A stretch of DNA of 64,000 nt from Catajapyx aquilonaris (lineage: Eukaryota). The notes under the pieces were generated by a model. That model was not told the DNA's origin and searched no databases. It was given only the letters and a program-made list of their open reading frames with translations. The stretch is from contig KZ538005.1 in assembly GCA_000934665.2 (NCBI GenBank), positions 1-64,000 of the forward strand. Reading direction: 5' to 3'. The translations under genes were made by a program, and so were the position numbers. Below, piece by piece: positions 1 through 13,080 of this stretch (position 1 is its first letter; every line of letters starts with the position of its first letter).

Positions 1-3000
1 AGATGTGTTGGTAACCTCCATTCATCTATTTGCGGAGCTAAGTGATCCAGAGTGGTATCCATCCATACCAGTTTTTTATGTGTTTGCTGTGGTGGGGTTG
101 AGCTGTAATAATTGTGCTTGGCATCTGTAGTACTTGGGATTTGTTAGCGAAAGAAATGCATTTGCTGTTGGCGTTTTTGTTTAAAAATATAAGGAATCGT
201 GTGATTGAGCATTCTTCAGTGTCTGTTTCAATTGAGGGTCCGTATACGTTTAAAGGCAGCTTACTCTAAAAAATGCAGGACATGCACTCTACTGGCCAAT
301 GGACTACTTGTTAATCCTATTTGTAAAGTCAGTTGCGCCAGGTGCCACCATGGGATATTGATTAAACCGCACAACGTACCGAGGTACTGTATGAGCATGG
401 AGTGCAGCAGACCACTGAATGCCAGCACGTAACTCATCGTGTTACTTACAATTATCATCGATCAAACGTATATGATAATATCGTGCGACATTATTTTATT
501 TCTGAGAATCATTTCAGGGTCACTTTTAAATAAAATAATAGTAGATTGTTGTGCACGTAATAATTGGTTTCACCGGCATGTTCAAATTCATGCAATACAG
601 TTCACGCTGGCTTGAAAGCTACCCTGTACAGGCGTCGCATCGTTATATTTCATTCATAATATTGTAACAGCGGACACCACTACGTGAAATAATGATGCTA
701 ATCCGTAGCCTAATGATAGAAACTACTATTCAACATTGGCTGAATGGCATTTGCTCCATTTAGGCCAATAAACTTCCCCGAGCCTTTTGCCATATTTTGA
801 GTCAAGGAAACAATCTGAGCTTCATCCCCTTGATAATTGGAGCAGAACGACCGCCACACTGGCCCCTCTTTTCCTATACGGTAGCCCTCCCTAATTAGAT
901 CATGGAATTATGCGAGCCTTGCTTAATACTTACGGAACTGCATTATTACTCCACGCAGCATTTTAATGGTCAAATTAGCAGTTGGGGCTCCCTAATGGTA
1001 TTGATAATAGCCCTGCAGGATAGAGGGCAGATCATGCTTGTGGCTTTTGGACTCCACCTCACCTCTGCTTAGCTCTTTTTCTTCCTTTTGGTATGATATT
1101 GTTGCAACCTGTCTTCAAAAGTATATTCAAAAGTCACTGAATAAAAATAAAACAGCTTATACTCTAAAAATCTTTAGTTTTAACGACCTAATTACAGGAT
1201 GTGTGTTTGTCCATCTTTTGCATTAGTAAGGCTGCAGCTTGGGACTATGAGTAGTTAAACTTTAGGTTACTATGCGTAGCATGTTCCTTCTCGGAGAACC
1301 GGTGACCTGGAATGTGGTGGACATGTTGAGGGGTACAACTCCAGTGTTGAAGCATATCCTCTCCCCGCCACTACAGACCAACAAGTGTTGTGAATTATTT
1401 AACTGCTAACACAAACACTGTCCTCCTTTTCTTCCTAAAGAGTGTATAAATTTTGTTGCGTTTTCCGGCATTACGTTAAATGCCTCCCTTTAAAAAGAAC
1501 ACTGTAATATAAGCACTATTGTGGGGGCATATTCATTTGATTGTTTACGGAACAGAATGCAACAGGAAATTCCAGGCACGACAACAATTCATTGGAAAAG
1601 GAAGGGAATATAATGAAGGGAGTGCAGCTTACCAATTTGTGAAGATTATTATTATGAAAATGTGTACCTAACCCTTTAGCTTGTCAACACTCCCGGATAT
1701 TGCCCATAGTTACATATCGGGTTGCCAAAGACGATCAGAATTGTTGTAAGAGCTGGCACTTTTGACCTTCCCGAGGCAATATCGGGTATCGATCTGAACA
1801 AACAAGATCTCTGGAAGGTGGTAGAAAAAACGAAGAAGAGAACCGGTAAGGACTTAGCCTTGAATTTCCACATGGGTAGAGTACGTGCGACCAGCTTTAA
1901 GAGCTCTCTCTTTACCTTGAAGTCTCGTCGCTTGCCAAACGGTTCTCGCAAAGAGGACGACGCTGCCAATTTATCACAAAAAACCTCCAACCACCATTAT
2001 CTACGGAACCGAAAAGAAGAGCCATCAGAAAAAAGCCAGAAGGAAATTCGTGCTCGAGGTGCATGAAGTCCAGAAACTGGCCATGCAAGCTTGGAGAGCA
2101 AATGAAACGTGAAAGGTTGTGTTTCTTTTTCCTTTCCAGCAACCGCTGCTGCGAGAAGAAACATTCGGAATCCTCCACATCGCAGATCTTTGATCACTAC
2201 GGCCTGGTGCTATCCACCCTCAAAATCGGTTTCAGCCATTGCGAAAAAAGTAGTCATGCATAATCGAGTGGTGGGTTAAAAATAATGCAGGAACAGGCTA
2301 AGGAACTTTGAGTTTAACACCTAGGACCATGTAACATTAATGAGGTGCGCCTGGTTTCACCTGAAACCGATTAAAGAATATGCGCACATATTTTATTGAT
2401 GCGTTGGAAAACTGGTAGTCTGCTAAAAACCGAGTTTTATCTAGTAATAAGAAGCCGTGCGCTCTTTTATATGAATTACAGTTTCATAAGGTTATGTGGT
2501 AAATATTCCTCCAGCTGCATTCAGGTATTTCGAGGAGCATTTGGAGGAAGTGTGGAGGAGGAAACATGACCTAGGTTGGACGTCTTCATCTTTTCTCGCG
2601 TGCGGAAGATGAAGAGAAATGAAACAAATATTTGCATGGGGCGGAGAGGGGGGCGGGTGTCTGCTAGAGGTTGAGTAGATTAGGTGGCGCCACTTTGCTA
2701 GTCGCGACCGTAACGATATTTCACAACATAGTGTTTCATAACTTTGAGCCGGAGCTAATCTGGCCCACATCTGGCGAAGGGGTTAAGAAATGCAAATATT
2801 TTGTGCAAATTGCACATGCTGTTAGGTGGAGCCACCTCTTAAAAGTCGAGTCTAACAAATCGAGTGGTGTAATATTTCTGTTTCACATAGCAATTTACTA
2901 TCGAATCAGTTTAATTTCATCATTAACTGAATGGCTGTACTACAAATTGGTTGACAATTGTATTTAGTTGAATGAATATTCCCCGCCGAATCAGATCCGG

Positions 3001-6000
3001 CGAGGCTGGGAGCCCAAGCCTGGTCTGGATTCCGTCATAAAACATTATTTAGGTTCGTTCAACTTTTTTGGACAATCAGCCTGAACATAATTTGTGTAAA
3101 ATACTGTCGCATCGTACTGTCTTAATAGCTATTCCACTAGAAAAAATTCCCATTCTCCGTTCTTCCAGGCCAAAGTTGGTTCGGAAACGAGCGCCAAAAA
3201 CCAGGCGCAAAAACTTGTTCATTTTGGTCTAATTGCCTTGGCGGCAGACTCGAAAGTAAGGCCAGGTCTTTTCCATCCCATTTTTACCCCCCCTTTTTCC
3301 TTCTTAGTTTTCCTTTTACCCCTTTTCCACCTTTTGGGGCCCAAAACTGGGGGGTCTCCTGGCCGATCCGTTTCCACTCGGTAAACACGGCAACGCTCGG
3401 AAGTTTCTGCAGTATCTCAATTACAGGCCCTGATTAATGATCCCAATTACTCTAATCCAAAGTGTAAACCGGGAAAGTTGGGCTAATTGGTCCATACATC
3501 GCCCAGGCTGAGGCTCAGCAGGCGGGCGCCGCCTCTGCTCTCGTCATTACATCATCACGGCTCCGATTTCCGAAGCTCCCCAGTCCCCACACCCCACCCA
3601 GCCCTCTCTCTTCGACTACCCAAACCTGACTTATTAACCCTAGGACGATTTTTCACCCAAGCAACTTTTGGGCCACCCCTCACTCGTAATGTGGTTTGCG
3701 AAGCATGTTTTCGCAATTCGGGAACTTTGTGTCAATACCGTTGCAAAAGTCGCATCAGACTCCGTCCTACTGCATGGAACGTGGAAATTGAAGGAAAATT
3801 AATACAGAGTGTAATTTCGCGACAGCAGGTATGAAAAATGGCGACTCGAGTTGATTTGCAAGTTTGATGAAGGACGTTTTAATGTACACTGCATAACGCA
3901 GAAATTAGGTAATTAGGTCATATATTATTCACTTTATCCTGCCTAATTAATGCCTGATATACAGGACACTTGTAGAGTAGTACGATTTGTAGTCATTATG
4001 TTAGTGCTTCATTTGCTCATCAAATATTGTGACACTTTGTGATTTTCAAATTTATATCATTTTAAAAAAATTAGCGAATGGATATGGATTTGGAGAACGT
4101 AAATCGAGGTGATATGAAGAACTTTGCAGCCGTTCAATGAGAAAGCTGTAGAATCCCATGATCCAGGTGGGGGAAGGTGTGGCGGAGTTAGGGGGGAGGA
4201 AGGAGGAACTAGTGGAGTGTATTATTCCTTAGGACTCGGAGTCGGCTCCGGCCGTTTAAAGCCGTCTCTCCGCCAGATTATGCAGAATTAATTGTTAATC
4301 GTTGGTTGGTAGGCTGAGCGGTAAGCCCGCCTGTCACCCTGGTGATAATTTAACGGGCCTTATTGTAAGCCAACTCTCTGAAAAGTAGACTTGGGAACTG
4401 GAAACTAGTTCGAGTAACTCACTGCTGGTAACGTACAACTGAATTATTTCCATGGTATAGTTCGAACTTTAGGCCATTATTATTTTAGTTAAAATGTTAA
4501 ACATTTAAGTCCACCCAATTCTTAAACAAAGATCGTTGCACGGTGCACTCAGTTAACAATATATGACGTTAAAAGTATGTTAGATAGTAACATACCTACA
4601 TCTTCTTGCTGAATGTATACCATTAAATGTTAAGTTATGTGAATGCAGAATATACTGTTGGTTGACCCTAAAGCTCGCCGTAAAGTTAGTGGCACTTATT
4701 TTGGTAACTAAGCTGATGAATATATGCTCAGACTTATGTATAATATATTCCCCTGGGTTTTTGTCACAATAAAATTTTTAATAATACTGTGTTACAGTTT
4801 TTTTCTAAACGACCAGCAAAAGTAATAAGGTATATTTACTGAATTATATGGGGTTTTTCAGCTATTAGTTATCATAAATAAATTCACATCACATTACTAC
4901 AAAATCAGGCTATAGCATATGGCCCACAAGTACTGTACAGAATATCTATCCCACTTTGACAGCACCATTCCTTGATATCATATCAAAATATTTCAAATTG
5001 TATATCACAAATACTACGCATTAAAATATGAGTAGATAATGTACTTATAATGTCCCATGAAATTTTATTTATGATGGAATTAACTCCAGTGAGTGTGATT
5101 ATGAAAAACATGCAGGCATATTTTGTAATACTTTCATTACTGTAGTCCCAGAGTGTGAAATTACAGTGATGGTTAATATTCACACGTGGGCTCATTATTC
5201 TGTACACAAAAATTGTTACGATTATTTGAAACAACTGTCAAAGTTTGGATCTTGTGACATGAATTAATAGCCTTATCATAGTTACACCAGAAAGAGAGTG
5301 TAAATGACATGTTTTGATCCCCGTCCATTTCTGTTTGTGGCACAGCCTTTCTGTGTAGGCCTATATATTCTGCTTTAATAAGCGTTAAATGATCATCACT
5401 TTTTACACTACCGATTTGCGATTGGTTGAAAAAAAAGCTGCGGTCTCGCTAATGAAAAATTACATATTTAATCAGCTCAGAGCAAATATTCCTCGTGTAA
5501 GCGCGAGTCGAATTGACTGTGGCTTATGCATCGGGTTTCATTAGAAAGAAAAAAACCCATAATTATTGTGTGTGGATCATTATGGTTGTTAAACGCAATT
5601 TTTTTATGTATTTTTTGGAAATTCAGGATGGTCGCGAAACATTTCATGACCTCTTGGACAGATGGATTTTGAATACGATTTGAACGCCGAATCTTGTCGG
5701 GGCTCGGAAAATTTGCCTGAAGGAAATCCTCCGGGTGTCGGCTGTCGATGTATGAGGTTGAGGATTCGTGGGGCTTGGGGTTATCCCCGCCGCTGTTAAC
5801 AGGCAGGAAATTAAGCGATCTGCCAAGATTGGAGACGAGGAGAAAAGCCTCCGGGGCCTAAAACCGGGAGCATGATGGACTCTGGGATGAGACCAATATT
5901 GCGTTCTCATTTTGTCGGAATTAATATTCTGGAGCATTTCAAGTTGGATCAGTTTGACATGTGAAATATTTTGGGAACAGTTTGAAAGAAAAGGTGTCCG

Positions 6001-8337
6001 GCACTGCACTCTCCATATGAATATTGCATAACTTATAACACCAAAAAAATGTTTGCATATTCTCAATATTAGGCTCGACTTAAACCCCGGGTTGAAAATA
6101 ATGGACCTGACGCGTCAGTTTTGAGGGAATTAAATAGGTGGGCTGATACTTGTTAAAGATTAGTGTTAGCAGCTCTAATCCGTCCCTGTTGGTAAACACA
6201 TCGTTACGCTCGTGCAAATCCTACAGGAAGGGCTTCCCTATGTGAAGCCCCACAAATAAGCCTATTGTAGGGGGACGGCACAGGTCGTGGGTGGGAAATA
6301 GAACTGGCTACAAAGCTATTTATCTGAGTGTGCTAATGAATGAGTAGTGTTTGCTGTGCATGTGAGCTGACCTCCCTAATTGATTACACGGCTCTGCTCT
6401 GTGGCACCAGCCTTTGGCGGGTTGTTTGAGATTACCTCATTCGGTTTGATGTGTAACTAAATACGATAATTATTTCTAATGTGTTCTAGTTCATGGGGAT
6501 ACATAGGTTGGTGGGGTGCGTTCGACAGTCCGGATAATGACTAGCTGGGAAAAGGTGCTTGGTTGAAAAATCACCCACTTTGTAGTGTTGGGCGTGGCGG
6601 CTGATCCAATCAGGACCTTCCAAAAATGTGATGAAAGACGTCACATAGGTGACCTCGTTTATTTTGTTGGGGGTGGTATGGGGAGGAATCTTTGAAGGGG
6701 TTTATTGATTGTTTACACTGAGGGTAGGGGAGGGTGCGGGAGGGGGATGCAAACAGGACAAATTGCGTTTAAAAGCCCCGTCGCAAAATTACATTTGGTG
6801 CTTCCCTGTTTGAAATGACGAGAAAAACGCCTACGGGGGGAGAATGTAGTTTTTTTCCACCAATCCAGCAGACGGGAGAAACAGTCTGAACCAATTTGAA
6901 TCTTAAACGAAATCGTTTGGAAAGTAGGCCTATATATGAAGCGGTTTAATATTCGTTGAATTTTAATGCGTCAAATTTGATTTTTGCCCGGCCCAGGCCG
7001 CGCTTCGCCGTCTCAAAATGTGATCAATTTCCCTCCTTATAATTCAATTTTATCATCAGCATACAGATGAATCTTGCCATAAGCATCGAGTGTTCCGCTG
7101 ACACACTCCGGAAACCTTGGAAGGCTTTAGGGCAGCAGACATATGGTATCAGATCAAATTCCTTATGGAAACACTTGTTTTACTCCGCTCACAGCGTCCT
7201 AAAAGCGTTTAAAAATTTTATTAACAGTAATTATATTGTTACGATATAACCATTTTTGACGCTTAGGTGAATATGGATCAAACTACCAGGAAATCGTGTC
7301 GAGGACTTTTTAATTGCGGGGAAATCCCGAACAATCCTGTACATGTGTTGTACGGTGTACAGAGTGGGGTGGAATCTGGGTCCCCGAAATGGAGGTTAAG
7401 GCTTATGGCCCATGTTCCAGAGCCATTATGGAAAAGAGCTGCTATTCCGTCGGGCGATTGAGGAACGAAGCTGCTTCCCAGGAAATTCTTTCGAGAAGGC
7501 TGCCCGTAAAAGAGACATACGACCAGTTCTACCCTGGATCGAAACTGTGACGTCACAAAAAAGGGTCAATATACAAATATCTCTTTATATACCTGTGCAG
7601 TCCTTTCACCCTCCAAAATTTTGCACAACCGCATTTTCAGCATTTTCAGCCTTTTGCAAGCGCTGTCACACGACCAGAAGAATTACAACAATTCTGTTAC
7701 GCCTATATTACATTTCAGGAGGTACGCCCTTACTTCCTCCTCCACCTTCCCCCGATCTTCCAAGGTTTATGCCCAGAGAGCGGAAGGCGGAAACAGGGAG
7801 GTAGAGAGGGCAAGTGGAGGGGGGAAACCATTAGGGGGTGGGGAGAATAGCTGCAGCAGAATATTATTCCTCCAACCGAGCATTATTGCCTTAATACGGC
7901 AATAACACAACACATTTAAATTATACGCCGAGTCTCGCGTGTGTAGGTCCCTTTTCTTCCGAGATTGCTATTTTCTTTCTTCCTCCAGGCGACGGAGGTG
8001 GGAGGGAGGGAGGGGAGGGCTCAGTTGCGACCTGCCCATTGTTCTAACCGTTGCTCCAAGTTTGTAAACCTGAACTTTCGTGGCCCATACATTTCGTCGA
8101 TAAAGTTAGTTTAATGTTAGGTGGGGGCTGCGCTACGTAGTAATTTTACCTTTTCATTATTTCGGGAAGGTGTTAAGAAAGACGATCGTCTGTCACTTGC
8201 TCGGTCCTGCTCGAGTTATTTAACTCAATTATTGTCAAATATCAAATGACTAAGGGCCATTTATCAAAGCTCTCCAAATTGATATGCATTCTATCAATCT
8301 TAGTTTTGGAATATATTGTCAAAATTTGTGAAAAACA

Positions 8338-8667
8338 CAGGGTGTTTCAACATTTTTGTCCAAACAGTTATCGGAAAATTGACCGTAGCTGCTACTTTGT
8401 AAGCAGTGACTTGAAAACAGTGAATTTTCGGAGGAATGGGGAATATTCCCTGCGAATCGTAGGTTGAAGTGGCATACGTGCTGCCCGCTGAAAATTGAGG
8501 GTCGAGCCTGGAAAAAAGAGGGTCACACATGCCATGGGATGTGTGACCCTCTTTTTCCCCATTCCACATTCCTCCGACAAATCACCGGTTGCAAGTCACT
8601 GCTTACAAAGTAGCAGCTACGTGCAATTTTCCGATAACGGTTCGGACAAAAAAGTTGAAACACCCTG
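8338..8667. mobile_element. Tc1/mariner-type MITE, family A, copy 1
   Basis: Imperfect TIRs of about 100 bp (CAGGGTGTTTCAAC...GTTGAAACACCCTG). TA follows the right end; the left flank is CA. An internal hairpin reads aaaaagagggtcacacat-gccatggg-atgtgtgaccctcttttt. A second copy lies at 16147-16471. Confidence 0.93.
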
Positions 8668-11600
8668 TATAAGACATCATAATATGTATAATCATTCTGT
8701 CTCATACTGCCGCATACACCCACACTGATATGCTGATATAATCATTACAACAGCCGGCTTATACCATCTGACTAGAAGTTATCGATAACTAAATAACTTA
8801 TATGAAAATGACAAGTAATGACTTTTAGAGTACTGCAGGTATTGTGCACACCATTTGTTCTCACGCATGCAACACCTGCCTGGAGCTCATTTGGACGCAT
8901 TAAGTCCCATACTCCACACACGAAAGCAAAATATGGCCAACATAAGCAGACGATTCGAATCAACCCAACTCCGGTAGAAATAGGCTCACATGCAACAGAT
9001 ATCTTGTGGCGACACCGAGAAATTAAAACCCAGCGTCATCTGGTGACTGCCAAAACAACTAAATCATCCACCATATTGTGTTGGTAACGGTCACCCTGGA
9101 AGACGCGTCGCAATTCTCCAGCGACGTAAGGGTTCGTATTAGCGATTTGGCAGCCAGAAAGCATGGTTCCTATCCCTGCGTCTCCTTTCCCATCTAATTC
9201 AACGCTAATGAGATCGGATGGTGAACGAGCGTTGGTGTCGCGGCGTGCCATTTGGAAGCAAAACAGACTTTGTTTTTATGGGGAGGGGGTGGGGGTGGCA
9301 AAGGGAAGGGGGTGAGGAGTTTGCAGAGGCCGGGACGTGTTTTCCGTCCGTCCCTATCTCTTTCCCGGATCAAGGCTCCGGACAGGAAGGAAGGAAAAGG
9401 GGGGTATATACAGCACCACACCTACCCCCTCACCATTCCCGGATTCGTCAAGGGACGAAGCTTCGTTTATTTGTCCGCCTGCCTGCCTGCGGAGTGAGGA
9501 AACCCCGGATTCTTAATCCGGACGACTTGAGCGCCATTTCCAGGGCTCAATCTCACTGCTGCTGCCACGCTCTCTGATGTCTGATTGATGAATTGCGATG
9601 CTGTACGGGTGATAAGCGAACCTAGTTTTACGATTGGACAATTCGTATGGTGCTGGCCTCGGCTCCATTTTCAAAGATGTAATGCGTGCATCTGTCATGT
9701 ATAATTATACATTCTGATTTCATATGGGTCTTACGATTTGTATACTGGGTAGTAATAGATCCAAATAGAAGGAAACACCAGACATTCCTTTCCTCGATAA
9801 TGACATATTTGAATCGCAGCTTGATGTAGAGAAATAAAATGGAATAAAGAACGCGTGTTTGATTGTTATGGGTGTTGCCATATGATGCCTTTCATGTTTG
9901 ATGTGAATCATTCAGAAAACTAATATTAAAATACGGAAAGGAATTTCCACGAGGTGTTCTGTTTCACTAGATGTAAACTAATTTTAAGGGGAATTCGTTG
10001 GAGTGGTACTGCACCTACTGCACACAAAATGTGAAGGCATAATTCAATAACGCGCATGTTTAAAATATGGATTTTCCAGATTACAAAATGCACAGGAGTC
10101 AGTGTGGAAGTTTGATAGAAGAAATATTGAACCGTGAATCCGCGGTGTTCACTTGCGGTGGAGTACGGGAGAAATCATGATGAGGAATTGCAGTGTCTAC
10201 CACTTATTTTTCTGTTCGAATACATATCGACTCATTTTCATATTTGACTGTGTTTTAATAAGCGCACGAGTATGCGAGGTATTACTGAAGAATTTTATTT
10301 TTAAACTCATTAAGAGCTCAGCCACCAACATAATTATCCATTTAATTTGAAAGTGATTGGCAAAAATGTACTCCCCTGCATATACGCCATTCATCACCTT
10401 ACACTGAGCTCATTTCACCCCCCAAAAACCTATTTTTATATCACTCTCCTGTTTTGAAGCACTAGCTTACATTCCAGCTCCATTTCAATAAAAGTTGCGA
10501 GTACTCTAGCACTAAGCTCCTCACATGGAATTTGAATAGATCAGCATCATGTGTCTGGGGCAAAAATCAGCACTCCTGCCCCCAGCACTTATCCTAGAAC
10601 CAATTGCAGCATCAGAAGGCATAAAATATGTCCGACTTTTGGAGCAGTTAAGAAAACATAGTCCAGGCTAGGCAGTCAGGTCGGGCGGCTATAGCGGCCA
10701 CTCGGTGGCCATAAAACACCTCGTACACTCCCCATCCCATTTCCACAGGAAGCATTACATGGGAGAGATGGGGGGTGGAGGGGACAGGCAGAGCAACGCC
10801 CCTCGATCCCAACGCTTTCCCATCACGACTACAAGGTAATCTTTCCTAGGAACAAGCCTCATCTACAACCAACTAGCCCCTCCTTTCCATTCAAGTTAGT
10901 TCTGGTTTGGAGCCTGCATACAACTCCTATGGAGAATTCCAGTGGGCGTAACCCTCATCTCAAGTTGCTCCTTAATTCCACCCCCTCTCCCTCCCTCCTG
11001 GAAATGGTGCCCCTTACAGGTTTTCCTTTTCCGGAAGCCATTCTGCAAACTGCGGGAGTTCCCCGTGCAAACTGTACGTGACTAATTACGCTTCCCGATC
11101 TCACATTAAAACGTGATTCCTTACCCTGGGACTTATGACTTCTCATCCTTCGTCTGCTGCATCTCAAACTAGACTGATTTTCCCATGCTTTAATTCGAAC
11201 CGTGAGTTGGATTACGGTATTAAGGAGGGGGAAAAACTTTGCAGGTTTCCGCCTAATTGTTTTATGCTACTAGGGCTCAAGTCATGATGGAAATCGGCCA
11301 TTGTTACAATCCAGTGGAATTGATGGTACTTTATAATGGCAGCTGAGCGGGGTGAGCATGACGAAGCTTTAGTCAAGAAGAGTGATTATCAAGGAGTGAT
11401 GACATGTTCAGAGGAGCAGCTTTATCCGATTGATGAATATTATTTAAGAAAAATGTGTGATAGCAAAAACAATTCATCCAAATACGTAGAGTGAAACCTA
11501 TGTATAAAATGTAGCCGAATCGCTCCGTTCCTAAAATTTGACCTAGACAAGTTCCAACTAAATCTGACAATATTATGGGAAGATCTGAGATGCAGAACAA

Positions 11601-11703
11601 TAAGGCTCGAAAATGAGTTAAGATTGTGTAATATGTACTAGTCCATGACACAGTTTAAAAAATAATAAATTATCAGTGAAATTAATTAAAACGAGTAATT
11701 TAT

Positions 11704-12102
11704 TCTTACCATTTATTTATTTATTTAGGGCCAGTTTCACCGAGCTCGGTATATGATAAAACCAGGGTTCTTTCGGAAAATCCCTACATATTTATATGGA
11801 TTTTCCTAAAGAAACCTGGTTTTATCATATACCAAGCTCGGTGAAACCGGCCCTTATACCCCATTGGGAGAATCGGCGCTCCATTAGGGGGATGGAGTAC
11901 CGCCATTGAATGGGGCCAAGGATAGGGAAGGAAGGAAGCGGCTGTAGCCTATTATACGGAAACAACCCCGGAATTATCCTGGGGGGGGGGGACCGTGGAA
12001 AACCACAGAAAACCACGTTCAGGGTTGCCTGCCCCGGGATTCGAACCCAGGACCTCCCGATTAGCAGTCGGGCACCTTAACCACCACACCAACTTGCTTC
12101 AG
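11704..12102 (-). mobile_element. tRNA-derived SINE, family F, full-length copy (interrupted by a MITE at its tail)
   Basis: Minus-strand head gtggttaaggtg-cccgaCTGCTAAtcggg-aggtcctgggttcgaatccc, with the B box at 12037-12047. It has a (TAAA)n tail. A 17-bp TSD with 2 mismatches flanks it: taaaacgagtaatttat at 11687-11703 and taagacgagtaatatat at 12103-12119. It is homologous to 18629-18813. Confidence 0.9.
11728..11853. mobile_element. PIF/Harbinger (Tourist-like) palindromic MITE
   Basis: A 126-bp near-perfect palindrome, GGGCCAGTTTCACCGAGCTCGGTATATGATAAAACCAGG...CCTGGTTTTATCATATACCAAGCTCGGTGAAACCGGCCC, flanked by TTA on both sides (11725-11727 and 11854-11856). Confidence 0.9.
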
Positions 12103-12542
12103 TAAGACGAGTAATATATAGTATATATATAGGCTTGGTAATTTATTGATTTCCATTTGTAAAACAAGTTTTCTGGTGATTCTCATTATAATTTTGGTTT
12201 CAGTAATTCGACCAAATTATGAAACATTTCAGTCATCGCCAGAAGCTATACCGTAATTGATTCCGTCACTGTCGACGTAAAGTTGAGACAGATTTTCCCA
12301 TAAACGTCATGCTAAAATGGGCAGCCTGGTTCCAAATAATTAATTTTCGCTTGAAAAAAATACACTGCAAGCTACAGTAGATGAATGCATGTAAAACGGT
12401 AAAAATAATTTCTTGTCTACGCGACAGCAGTATCTCCCATGTTCTGAAAATGTAATTTTACGGTAAAACTGGGTTTAAAAATCCATATTGTAGTTTATGC
12501 GAGTAACACATGATATGATAGGCCTAGCTAGCATTATTTTTC

Positions 12543-12700
12543 GGTTACGCTTTCATAACAGGAGACCCCGCACTTTTACCTACTAGCATGAATCCGCTGA
12601 AGGATAGGCGTGTATTTGATGGGAAGGAAGGTTAGGTAATGGGGTAGGATGGTGCAGCGTGCACCTACCCCTGTCACATTCGGTCTCTCATTACGAAAGA
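12543..12700. repeat. Old interspersed element, copy 1 (imperfect near-terminal inverted repeats and an internal hairpin)
   Basis: Colinear with 40618-40794 (ggttacgctttca..ggagac..cttttacctact..gaaggatagg.gtgtat..atggggtagg.tggt.cagcgtgc..tacccctg.cacatt.ggtct). Inverted pair ctttcataacaggagacc / ggtctctcattacgaaag. Hairpin ggggtagg..gtgca-gcg-tgcac-ctacccc. Confidence 0.8.
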
Positions 12701-13080
12701 CTTTCATATTTTTCTTATCCAAAATATTTCAATACTTAAGACGTTTTGCTTATTGCTACATACTATAGAGAGACAGTCAATGAAACTGCCATCCACAAAA
12801 AGTCAATTTAGTATTTTAGGATTCATAAGAAATACTATATAGCCTAACAGAAGCGACATTATGAAATCTGACAAATAAATGACCATTTCTGGAGAAGAAA
12901 AAGGCAATAGACTTCTGGAATTACATATGGAGTCTATGCTTACAGAAGTGATGACGCGCAATTTACTCAGTGGTCACTGCATGTTGGAAAAACAATATTT
13001 ATATGGAGACAATATTATTGGTAAACTGACTGTACCGTATAATTGCACTAGCCCCATAACCTGTATAACCTATACCCGTA

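Noticed and set aside
1676..2263. Cluster of overlapping 66-114 aa ORFs with a possible acceptor (1679) and donor (1845)
   Set aside because: All three frames between those splice sites contain stops, and I recognise no homology.
4421..4438. 18-bp exact inverted match to 49907-49924, and a 14-bp match between 3-16 and 35181-35194
   Set aside because: These are too short to define elements. They may be ancient repeat debris or chance matches.
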